DNA of 18,061 nt from Myxococcota bacterium. GTDB taxonomy: Bacteria; Myxococcota; UBA4151. Under the pieces are notes generated by a model, which saw only the letters and a program-made list of their open reading frames with translations, was not told where the DNA came from and did no database searches. Shown piece by piece: positions 8,235-15,953 of the stretch. The stretch spans positions 1-18,061 of the forward strand of contig JBDQPD010000066.1 of assembly GCA_040260805.1 (NCBI GenBank), given 5' to 3'. How positions within the stretch are numbered: the stretch's first letter is position 1; each line of letters starts with the position of its first letter. Both the position numbers and the translations under genes were made by a program.

Positions 8235-8588
8235 CTATTGACCGTTTTGCGCGGCGCCAGCGCCGACCTTGACTGAATTAGAACCGTTCGAAGCTGCGCC
8301 CGCAGCTGTGGGGCCGCCGATCAGCAATCGAACTTTGTAGTTAGCGTTCTCGCCTTTGCCGCCGCCGGCGGTCAGCGCATTGCTGGGCTGCACGGGCAGG
8401 GCAGCGACTCCAGCGTCCACAGCTGAACTGCCGCCACCATCGGTAGAGCTTGAACCTGCGTCTTGGACCGCAACTCCGCCTCCACCATCTATGGGGGGGG
8501 GATCAACGGGATCATCGGTCGGGCAGCCGGTGAGCACTAAACCAGCACAGCACACGGCGAGGAATCGTAGCGACACAATACGGGCCAT
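8235..8588 (-). CDS. Small lipoprotein (117 aa), probable partner or anchor of the downstream fibre
   Basis: Basic N-region, hydrophobic core and lipobox LTGC (Cys22). Disordered Pro/Asp/Gly linker with DAG/DGG motifs, then C-terminal TAGGGKGENANYKVRLLIGGPTAAGAASNGSNSVKVG. SD AGGAGG upstream. The stop is 10 nt before the fibre ATG. Confidence 0.85.
   Translation of the reverse strand: MARIVSLRFLAVCCAGLVLTGCPTDDPVDPPPIDGGGGVAVQDAGSSSTDGGGSSAVDAGVAALPVQPSNALTAGGGKGENANYKVRLLIGGPTAAGAASNGSNSVKVGAGAAQNGQ
8493..8501 (-). repeat. C9 homopolymer tract in the lipoprotein gene
   Basis: Plus strand G9; coding strand GAT CCC CCC CCC ATA GAT (D-P-P-P-I-D). It is the longest mononucleotide run I found in the window. 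Confidence 0.9.
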
Positions 8589-8590
8589 TG

Positions 8591-8641
8591 GGCCTCCTGA
8601 GCGAGGCCAGAATCATACGCGCCGAAATGAGACGATGAAAA
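8591..8641 (-). promoter_or_regulatory. Candidate promoter and SD-occluding hairpin for the lipoprotein-fibre operon
   Basis: Minus strand TTTTCA-18nt-TATGAT (-10 at 8617-8612), then GGCCTC-GCTCAG-GAGGCC (8608-8591), whose 3' arm covers most of the SD AGGAGG (8598-8593). Confidence 0.5.
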
Positions 8642-8653
8642 GAGGGCGGCCGC

Positions 8654-10102
8654 TTATTCTGGGACGAACATATCCATCAGCAAGCCCACACCAAATCCAG
8701 TGCCGCGGTCTTTATGACCAGCAGGTCCGGCGATATCGACATGGATCCAGGGGCCGTCATAATCGACTAGGTGGTTGCTCAAGAACCAGCCCGCAGAGGC
8801 CGACGAAGCGTTCATGCGATCGGTCGTGGTGTTGCGCAGATCGGCAACAGGGCTTTTGTAGTCGGCTCGATAGAACTCAGGGGCATAGGGCAGGGGGTGC
8901 GTTAAGTCGCCGCTGCTGCGTCCGGCTTTCATCGCCAGCGCTTCGAGCTCGTCATCGTTACAGTACAGCGCCGCATGACGCCTGCCCGTCGAGACCAACT
9001 GCGCGCCGGTTAGCGTCGCCATGTCCAGGATCACATCCGGATTAAGGTGACGCGTGGCGTGTGCCAACCCATCCGCTAAGACCAAGCGTCCTTCAGCGTC
9101 GGTGTTGTTGACCTCAACGGTTTTGCCCGAATAGCTTTGATGGATGTCATCGGGACGTCCAGCGCGCTCATCGACGGCGTTCTCTGCTAAGCACAGCAGA
9201 GCATAAATTCGATCTTTAGAGCCCGACAGCACCGCGGCGCGAAATGCTCCGAGAATACCAGCAGCTCCGCCCATATCGTTTTTCATGCCGACCATGCTGC
9301 CGCTGATTTTCAAGCTCAAGCCACCGGTGTCGTAGACCACACCCTTGCCGACCCAGGCGATGGTTCGCTCGGCGCCTTCAGGCTCATGCTTGAGAATCGC
9401 AAGCGCAGGCTTGCCCTCTGCGGCTTTACCGACGGTCCAGAGACCACCGTAGCCTTGATGCAAGAGGTCCTCGCCTTGAATCAACTCAAGCTCACTGCCG
9501 GTCTCAGCGCACACGGCGCGGGCGGCTTCGACGAAGCCATCGGTATTAAAGTCGCCGCAGGGTGAATCCACCCAGTGCCCAGCCATACGGACCGACTGTG
9601 CGGATTCGATCATTCGGCGGGTGGGGGAAACCACCTGACCGTCGGTCGACATCATCAATTCGACGGTGCGCTCGGCGTCTGCGTCGTCATCTTTCGACTT
9701 GCGACTGAAGGTCGAGAAGGCTCGAGCCACCGCTAAGCCAGAGGCAAACGCATGATCTGCGTCGCCAAGAAGGACGTGGATTCCGAGCGACCCTTTACCA
9801 GAGTTCACCGACAGGAGGCTCTGGTGGATGGCGTGCGTGCGCGCCGGGCTCGTGTGCCGAGCGACCTTCTCGGGTAGGGCACACACCGCAACCTCTGCCG
9901 GGCTCTCAATCCCGGTGAAGGTGCTGCGCGAAGCGCCCAGATCTCCACCCTTGAGACCTTTGAGTAGACCCGACCAGACCGCTTCGTCGACGCAGTCAGG
10001 ACGAGCGCCTTGTAAGGCTTCAACACGGCCCACCAGGACCAACTTGGCAACCTTGCCCAGATCTGCAGAGTTCGCAGTAAAATGAATGTTTACATGGGTC
10101 AC
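8654..10102 (-). CDS. M17 leucyl aminopeptidase, NPEPL1-like subfamily
   Basis: Metal-binding and catalytic motifs VGKGVVYDTGGLSLK, MKNDMGGAA, VEVNNTDAEGRLVLADG, DMATLTGA, WIHVDIAGP and TGFGVGLL. GTG start with GGGGGA SD. Confidence 0.95.
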   Translation of the reverse strand: MTHVNIHFTANSADLGKVAKLVLVGRVEALQGARPDCVDEAVWSGLLKGLKGGDLGASRSTFTGIESPAEVAVCALPEKVARHTSPARTHAIHQSLLSVNSGKGSLGIHVLLGDADHAFASGLAVARAFSTFSRKSKDDDADAERTVELMMSTDGQVVSPTRRMIESAQSVRMAGHWVDSPCGDFNTDGFVEAARAVCAETGSELELIQGEDLLHQGYGGLWTVGKAAEGKPALAILKHEPEGAERTIAWVGKGVVYDTGGLSLKISGSMVGMKNDMGGAAGILGAFRAAVLSGSKDRIYALLCLAENAVDERAGRPDDIHQSYSGKTVEVNNTDAEGRLVLADGLAHATRHLNPDVILDMATLTGAQLVSTGRRHAALYCNDDELEALAMKAGRSSGDLTHPLPYAPEFYRADYKSPVADLRNTTTDRMNASSASAGWFLSNHLVDYDGPWIHVDIAGPAGHKDRGTGFGVGLLMDMFVPE

Positions 10103-10192
10103 GATTCAGTCCCCCTAAAGCACCGGCGACGTTGGGTCACTTCGGTTCGTTGCCTCTCCATGCACAGAGCGGCCCAGATAATCAAGAATAGC

Positions 10193-11122
10193 TCAGTCGA
10201 GTTTATCAGCCCCGACCAGCTCACGCGCTCTATTACGAAGCGATTTAGCGCTGGATTCACTCACATTATAGGCTAAATCGCCGACTAAAAGCCGCCACGA
10301 TTTTTCTGGGTTTTGACCGAGAATAACTGCTCGCTCTTTGCCACCCGTCTGCACCCGAAGTTCTAGAACCGGAGTGGCTTGCGTATCGCTCGCTACATCG
10401 TCGATGTAGAGGTTCGACAAGGCGCTCAAAAGACCCTCTGCTTTGGCGCTTTCCACCGCGTTACCCTTTGCGTCTACCCACGCCGCAGGTCCTGCATCCG
10501 CTGCAGCTTCTTTGCGGGTGATCGACGCGCTGAGTTCGCCGGTGAGTGTCAGCATCGACACCGAGGTGTTGTCCGACTTTGCCGGCTGCCGATTGAGCCA
10601 GTCTTTAGCCTTGAACTCGCCATCGACCAGCCGACCCACGGGACCTTCTTGGAGCAAAAGAACCTCGGACTTTCCTTCGCGTTGCGTCCAAGCGCTGCCC
10701 CATTGAGGGCCCTTTTTGCCAAGCACCACGCTCGCTAGAGCCTTGCCAGAGGCGTCGCTAGCAACCACCGAGGTCTTGGCGTCGTCTTTGCCCAACCCGT
10801 AGGTGGCGAGTTGGTCCATGTTCACTCGGCGGCTCTCGGCTTGAAGCTGACTCAAATCGATAATCAGCGCCGCCACCTTGCTGGTGTCGGCGGGGTGCCC
10901 GCTCGCCAAAAGCCACTGATCGCCGACCTTTTTCAGGCTGATCAACTCAACTTTGTCTTTGGTTACTACGAGGGTCGCAGCTTGCTCAGCCGAGGCGTCG
11001 GTCAAGGTGACCAGCGTATCGCCGAGCTGGTTGACTTGCACATCCCGATCTGAAGACATCATCAGGTAGCCAGCCAGAAGGACCACGGCAGCGCCGAGCG
11101 CTAGCAGTTGATTGTTCTTCAT
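10193..11122 (-). CDS. DUF4340-like membrane-anchored periplasmic accessory protein of the Gld-type ABC system
   Basis: N-terminal TM anchor; LKKVGDQWLL..GHPADTSKVAALIIDL and LATYGL motifs, with a second internal copy (W...VESAKAEGLLSALSNL). Its position after a GldG-like gene is typical of DUF4340 proteins. Confidence 0.75.
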   Translation of the reverse strand: MKNNQLLALGAAVVLLAGYLMMSSDRDVQVNQLGDTLVTLTDASAEQAATLVVTKDKVELISLKKVGDQWLLASGHPADTSKVAALIIDLSQLQAESRRVNMDQLATYGLGKDDAKTSVVASDASGKALASVVLGKKGPQWGSAWTQREGKSEVLLLQEGPVGRLVDGEFKAKDWLNRQPAKSDNTSVSMLTLTGELSASITRKEAAADAGPAAWVDAKGNAVESAKAEGLLSALSNLYIDDVASDTQATPVLELRVQTGGKERAVILGQNPEKSWRLLVGDLAYNVSESSAKSLRNRARELVGADKLD

Positions 11123-11125
11123 GGT

Positions 11126-13594
11126 TTATCCTTCCTTCTTGGCGTCGGCTAACCACTCTTCACGGCGTCGCCTTCGATTCATCAGACTAAACAAACCGAT
11201 GCCGATCACGACACCTGGTCCGCCACCGATGACCATCACCCGATAGAAGGCTTTGCTGCCTTCGAGCTTTGCGATCGATCGATCGATGGGCTGTTTGGTG
11301 CGAATCGAGATCAGCTCCTCGCCTTGCGTCATGGCACCGACCGAGTTCAGTAAGAGCGTCATGTGGTTTGGGCTTGAAACCAAGGCGTCTTTAAAGATCT
11401 CGGCGTTACCAAAGAGCACCATGCGATTGCGTTCGCCGACCTTGGCGGCTGCCTGCTTCGCCCAATCTTCTGGGCTCATGCCCTCAGGCTTTTGAGCGCC
11501 CGCCGAGGGCAAGTTGAACTCGATCATGGCGGCGAGCATTGAGCTCCCACCCGCTTGAGGCTCGATGTCCGTGCGGGCGAGGGGTCCTTCTTTGATCTCC
11601 GTCAGCCACGATTTGGTGCTGGACGAGAACAGCTCGGTGACCTGCGTTGACGCCGCATCAGCCTTCGCTTTGTCCACGGTGATCGGCGAGCCCCACAAAT
11701 AGATCAGGTTGCCCAACCCAGAGGTGATCGACAGGTCTTGATTGAACTGCTCGGCGGTCACCAGAACATGGGTGGGTAACTTCACAGGCGAGCGCACAGC
11801 AAAGGGGCCTCTGGATTGACCTGCGTTCATGTTGAGGGTCTCCATCTGCTCATCCATGACCAGCTGGTTTGAGACGTTGACGCCGATCGGCGCGAGCAGA
11901 GCGTCGATGCCTGGATCGACGGGCTTGTTGTTGACGCTGATCCCATAGTTGGTGGGTCGATAGCCAAAGCCATTACGTTGTACTGCCATCACCACAGGCT
12001 TGCCCGAGACCATAAACTGCTGAACCTCAGCCATGCGCTTGGGATCAAGCGGCGCCGGCGCAAAGACCAGCACCACGTCGGCGTCCATCGGCAAGGGTTT
12101 CTTCTCGTCAAAGCTGTTCGATCGAAGACGGGTGACCTCGTAGTCGCCCATTTGGCGCAGGACTTCCTCGGCCTTCTTGAAGTCATTCTGCTCTTCAGCC
12201 CGGTAGGGTTGTCCCAGCTGAGCGTAGAGCTTAGCCATCTCACGGTTTTGTTCGGTCTGCTGGATCGGAGCCATCAGCACCACTTTGGTGCGGCGGTCAC
12301 GCGTGAGACGCTGGACGCGGCTCAACAGCTCGTACTCGAGTTTGGGGAGCGCCTGGGGCATCACCGGAGATAAGGTCTCTGGGCTCTTGTCCTTATAGGT
12401 GATCTGCAGCGACGAATAGATCAGCTTGATCGAGTTTTCGTCGGCGCCAAAGCTCTGCACCTGCACAGGCTGAATCCCCTTTTTATGGAGTTTCTCAAGC
12501 GTCTTTTTCGCCTCTTCGTCCTGGTTCTCAGGCGCTTCAAGCAAGCCCTGCTCGACCGGGTCAAGATGGACCACATCAAAGGTCAACTGTCCGCCTGAGA
12601 CCGCCGCAAATTCACCGATCTTATCGGCGATATCTCGCTCTAGCGTTTGCAACTGATTGGGCATCTTCGCTGCGGGGCTGATGTACAGTTTGAGCTCTAC
12701 AGGGGAGTCCAAGTTGCTCAAGATGCGCCCGGTCGCAGGGCTGACGGTAAAGAGCCCTTCTTGGGTCAGGTCAATGCGTCCCATCGAGCGGGTGCCGATC
12801 GCCACGTTCAAAAGCACGACAGCGACTAGGGCGAGGACGCCGCCGGTCGCTAGCGTGCGGCGGTCAGCTGGTCGAGTGATGCCGTTGATGGTCAGCACAT
12901 CGAGCAGCAAGAAGCCGCCGGTCATAAAGACGAAGTAGAGCAGCGATCGAAAGTCGATCACGCCGCGCGTGAACTGCTCAAAGTGTTTGGTGACCGCCAC
13001 GTGATCACGCAGCGCTGAACCCACACCCGGGAGCCAGTTGTCGAACTGCACCGAGATGAAGTCATAGCCCAGCAGAGTAAAGCCCACCGCGATGATCAAG
13101 CCGACGATAAAGGCGACGATTTGATCCCGGCTGATGCCGGAGGCGAACAAGCCAGCGGACAAGAAGAAGCCGCCGAGCAAAACGGTGCCGATATAGCCTG
13201 AAAAGACAGGCCCTAAGTCAGGGTTGCCGACGCCCGATAGAAACATCGGAACCGTCAGCGTTGCAGCGACTGCGACCGCAAAGAAGGCTAAGCCAGCCAG
13301 GAACTTGGCGCCGACCAGCTGCGCCACGCTCACGGGGAGCGTGCGGAGCAGCTCGAAGGTGCCTTGGCGTCGATCCTCTGCCCACAAGCGCATGCTCACT
13401 GCGGGCATGAAGATCGCTAGGATCCAGGGCATAAAGGCAAAGAATTCACGCATCTCGGCGCGCTTCATAAAGAAGAACGTCGACATGAATAAGCCGGTGT
13501 TGAGGACGGCGAATACGAGCACGTACACGTACGCAACCGGGGCGGTGAAGTACGCCTTAAGTTCGCGGCGGAATAAAGCGGTAAAGGCACTCAT
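11126..13594 (-). CDS. Fused GldF-like ABC-2 permease + GldG-like (GIFT/ABC auxiliary) periplasmic domain
   Basis: N-terminal ~240 aa: RRELKAYFTAPVAY, PAVSMRLWAEDRRQGTFELLRTLP, GAKFLAG, GLFASGISRDQIVAF, HFEQFTRGVID (GldF-like). Then a TM helix, RIDLTQEGLFTVSPATGRILSNLDSPVELKLYIS (GldG-like), LEYELLSRV, and a C-terminal TM helix followed by RRRRR. ATG overlaps the ATPase stop (ATGA). Confidence 0.9.
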   Translation of the reverse strand: MSAFTALFRRELKAYFTAPVAYVYVLVFAVLNTGLFMSTFFFMKRAEMREFFAFMPWILAIFMPAVSMRLWAEDRRQGTFELLRTLPVSVAQLVGAKFLAGLAFFAVAVAATLTVPMFLSGVGNPDLGPVFSGYIGTVLLGGFFLSAGLFASGISRDQIVAFIVGLIIAVGFTLLGYDFISVQFDNWLPGVGSALRDHVAVTKHFEQFTRGVIDFRSLLYFVFMTGGFLLLDVLTINGITRPADRRTLATGGVLALVAVVLLNVAIGTRSMGRIDLTQEGLFTVSPATGRILSNLDSPVELKLYISPAAKMPNQLQTLERDIADKIGEFAAVSGGQLTFDVVHLDPVEQGLLEAPENQDEEAKKTLEKLHKKGIQPVQVQSFGADENSIKLIYSSLQITYKDKSPETLSPVMPQALPKLEYELLSRVQRLTRDRRTKVVLMAPIQQTEQNREMAKLYAQLGQPYRAEEQNDFKKAEEVLRQMGDYEVTRLRSNSFDEKKPLPMDADVVLVFAPAPLDPKRMAEVQQFMVSGKPVVMAVQRNGFGYRPTNYGISVNNKPVDPGIDALLAPIGVNVSNQLVMDEQMETLNMNAGQSRGPFAVRSPVKLPTHVLVTAEQFNQDLSITSGLGNLIYLWGSPITVDKAKADAASTQVTELFSSSTKSWLTEIKEGPLARTDIEPQAGGSSMLAAMIEFNLPSAGAQKPEGMSPEDWAKQAAAKVGERNRMVLFGNAEIFKDALVSSPNHMTLLLNSVGAMTQGEELISIRTKQPIDRSIAKLEGSKAFYRVMVIGGGPGVVIGIGLFSLMNRRRRREEWLADAKKEG

Positions 13595-14550
13595 GATGAC
13601 TGCTCCACTTCGGCGCTTTGAGTGGACGGATGATCGGTCAACTCAAGGAAGATTTGTTCGAGACTGAGTTGCTCGGGTGCCAGCTGGGCGATCGGCCAGG
13701 CTTTGCTGCCGAGTACCTGGTTGAGCGCCTGCCAGATCTCTTGGTCCGGGGCGTGATCGATGATCACCGTGGATCGTCCATCATGTTCGCGATCGATGCG
13801 GACATGAGCGACACCGGGGATCGACTGAACAGCGCCAGCGAGCTCGGCTGCGGGCGCTGCGGCTTCGAGCGTCCAGCGCGTGTTGGGTCGAACTCGGCGC
13901 TGAAGATCCTCAAGCGTTCCGTCGGCGATGAGCGAGCCTTGATTGATAATAATCACGCGATCCGTGTTGGCGCTGACTTCACTCAGAATATGACTCGACA
14001 AGAGGATGGTTTTCTCTTTCGCCAACTCGGCGATCAGATCACGCATCGCCAAGGTCTGGATCGGATCCAGACCAGAGGTTGGTTCGTCGAGAATCAGAAC
14101 TTTAGGGTCGTGAAGGAGCGCTTGAGCAAGACCAACACGTTGCTTGAAACCCTTTGATAACTCGATGATCGGGCGCTTAAAGACCGGCTGTAGACCGCAA
14201 GCCTCAACGACCCAGTCGACTCGCTTCTTGGCGTCGGCAACGCCCCGCACCGAGGCGATGAAGTCTAAGTACTCATCAGCCTGCATCTCAGGATAAACGG
14301 GGGTCAGCTCGGGCAGATACCCTAACTGTTCACGGACGTCCAAAGGCGTCTCAGCGGTGTCTTTACCGCCGACTGTGATCTTCCCCTTAGTGGGCTGTAA
14401 GTAGGTCGTAATCAGACGCATGGTGGTGGATTTCCCCGCACCATTTGGTCCGAGCAAACCTACCGTCCCCGGACCACTGAGTTCAAAACTGATATCATCG
14501 ACGGCTACCGTTGAGCCGAAGTGCATCGAAACCCCTTCAAGGCGAATCAT
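13591..14550 (-). CDS. GldA-like ABC transporter ATP-binding protein
   Basis: Walker A GPNGAGKST, signature LSKGFKQRVGLAQAL, Walker B ILDEPTSGLDP and H-loop LSSHIL. Start moved from 14577 to ATG 14550 because AAGGAG lies 8 nt upstream. Confidence 0.95.
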   Translation of the reverse strand: MIRLEGVSMHFGSTVAVDDISFELSGPGTVGLLGPNGAGKSTTMRLITTYLQPTKGKITVGGKDTAETPLDVREQLGYLPELTPVYPEMQADEYLDFIASVRGVADAKKRVDWVVEACGLQPVFKRPIIELSKGFKQRVGLAQALLHDPKVLILDEPTSGLDPIQTLAMRDLIAELAKEKTILLSSHILSEVSANTDRVIIINQGSLIADGTLEDLQRRVRPNTRWTLEAAAPAAELAGAVQSIPGVAHVRIDREHDGRSTVIIDHAPDQEIWQALNQVLGSKAWPIAQLAPEQLSLEQIFLELTDHPSTQSAEVEQSS

Positions 14551-14581
14551 GCTGCGCGCTCCTTTCAAGACAATCACAACT

Positions 14582-14647
14582 ACAGGCGACGCCTGTGGCG
14601 CAGCCCTATTCCCGAAATTCTACGCAATGTTAAGACCGGAAAATCAA
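14582..14647 (-). promoter_or_regulatory. Candidate promoter of the ABC operon plus a downstream 15-bp palindrome
   Basis: Minus strand TTGATT (14647-14642) - 19 nt - TAGAAT (14622-14617), a long spacer. Perfect inverted repeat ACAGGCG-A-CGCCTGT at 14582-14596. Confidence 0.35.
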
Positions 14648-14732
14648 ACTCGATGGCCACCAATGCTTGCGTGCAGTATCAACTGCCATCTATTCGCCCT
14701 GTGTTAGCCGCCTGGTTTAGCCTGGAGATGTT

Positions 14733-15953
14733 GTGGATAGGTTTCGATGGGATCTCGGCACAGAGCTGCCCGGAGATCGTGATTTGGTGGCCTTAGGCGA
14801 CAGTCTCTTGGACTGTCAGGTCGCGCTTTTGATCTGTGGTGGTATCGCCGCTTATCGCAGCCCTGATCTGATTCGAGCGCTTCGACGGCAAGGGGCGAAA
14901 GTTCAGGTTTATGCGACGCCTGAGGCGCTTCGCTTCGTGACTCGTGACGTCCTTGAGTGGTGTAGTTTGTCGCCGGTTATCGATGTTCTTGATGGGAAGG
15001 CGCAGCACGTCGAAGACGCACGCCGAGTCGACTTGTATCTCCTGGCCCCTGCGACGTATTCGACCCTGAATAAGTTTGCGCTGGGCATCGCTGACAACGC
15101 CGTGACGACCACGCTCGCATCGGCGCTCGGCCGCCTTGAGCGAGGTGAGTGCCGAATCCAAGTGGCGCCGACCATGCACGGGAGTATGGTCAACGATGTG
15201 CTCCGCTCAAGTCTAGCTCGCCTAGCGGACCTGGGCGTCGAGGTGATCCCGCCGAGGCCTGGAGCCGGCAAGGCGAACCTACCAGATATTGACTCGCTCG
15301 TGGCGAATGCGGCTCGAGCATTAGCCGGCCTGGGGCCCCGGCCAAGCCTCAAGGGTAAGCGGGTGCTGGTGACCGGCGGCCCGACGCCTGTAGCGATTGA
15401 TTTAGTGCGGGTCCTGACGAATCGCTACAGCGGCGCCACTGCGCTAGCCATCGCCAAAGCGTTCTACCGGGCAGGCGCTGAAGTTCAGCTGGTCTTGAGC
15501 GGGACACACCTCGAAGCGCCCGAATGGATCCCCACGCGTCGTGTGTCGGATTACGATGAGTATCGAGAGGTCTGCTTAGCGTGCTCGGTTGACCTAGGGA
15601 TCTTTTCGGCGGCGGTCGCAGATTATCAACCTAAGCAGTCGCTTTCTGGAAAGCTCCCAAGTGGACACAAAAGTCTGAGCATCGATTTGGTCCCGACCGA
15701 AAAGGTCGTAAGCCTGTGGCGTGATCAACACCCCGGGGCGCGCTTGGTCAGCTTCAAGCTTGAAGCGGGGCTCTCGGATGAAGAGCTGCTGACGGTCGCC
15801 AAACAACGAATCGGCGAGCACAGCGATGCGGTGGTCGCTAATCATGCATCCGGTGGCGCTCTGCATTTAGTGGACGAAAGCCAACACATCCCGGTGGAGC
15901 GAGCTATGCTAGGCGAAGCCTTGGTCGCATGGGCGCTTAGGGCGTTGCGTTAA
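14733..15953 (+). CDS. coaBC: Bifunctional phosphopantothenoylcysteine decarboxylase/synthetase CoaBC (Dfp), archaeal-type CoaC motifs
   Basis: CoaC motifs CGGIAAYRS, APATYSTLNKFALGIADN and APTMHGSM. CoaB motifs VLVTGGPT..AIDLVRVLTNRYSG, SAAVADY, GKLPS, SFKLE and VVAN. GTG start with GGAG upstream. Confidence 0.93.
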   Translation: MDRFRWDLGTELPGDRDLVALGDSLLDCQVALLICGGIAAYRSPDLIRALRRQGAKVQVYATPEALRFVTRDVLEWCSLSPVIDVLDGKAQHVEDARRVDLYLLAPATYSTLNKFALGIADNAVTTTLASALGRLERGECRIQVAPTMHGSMVNDVLRSSLARLADLGVEVIPPRPGAGKANLPDIDSLVANAARALAGLGPRPSLKGKRVLVTGGPTPVAIDLVRVLTNRYSGATALAIAKAFYRAGAEVQLVLSGTHLEAPEWIPTRRVSDYDEYREVCLACSVDLGIFSAAVADYQPKQSLSGKLPSGHKSLSIDLVPTEKVVSLWRDQHPGARLVSFKLEAGLSDEELLTVAKQRIGEHSDAVVANHASGGALHLVDESQHIPVERAMLGEALVAWALRALR

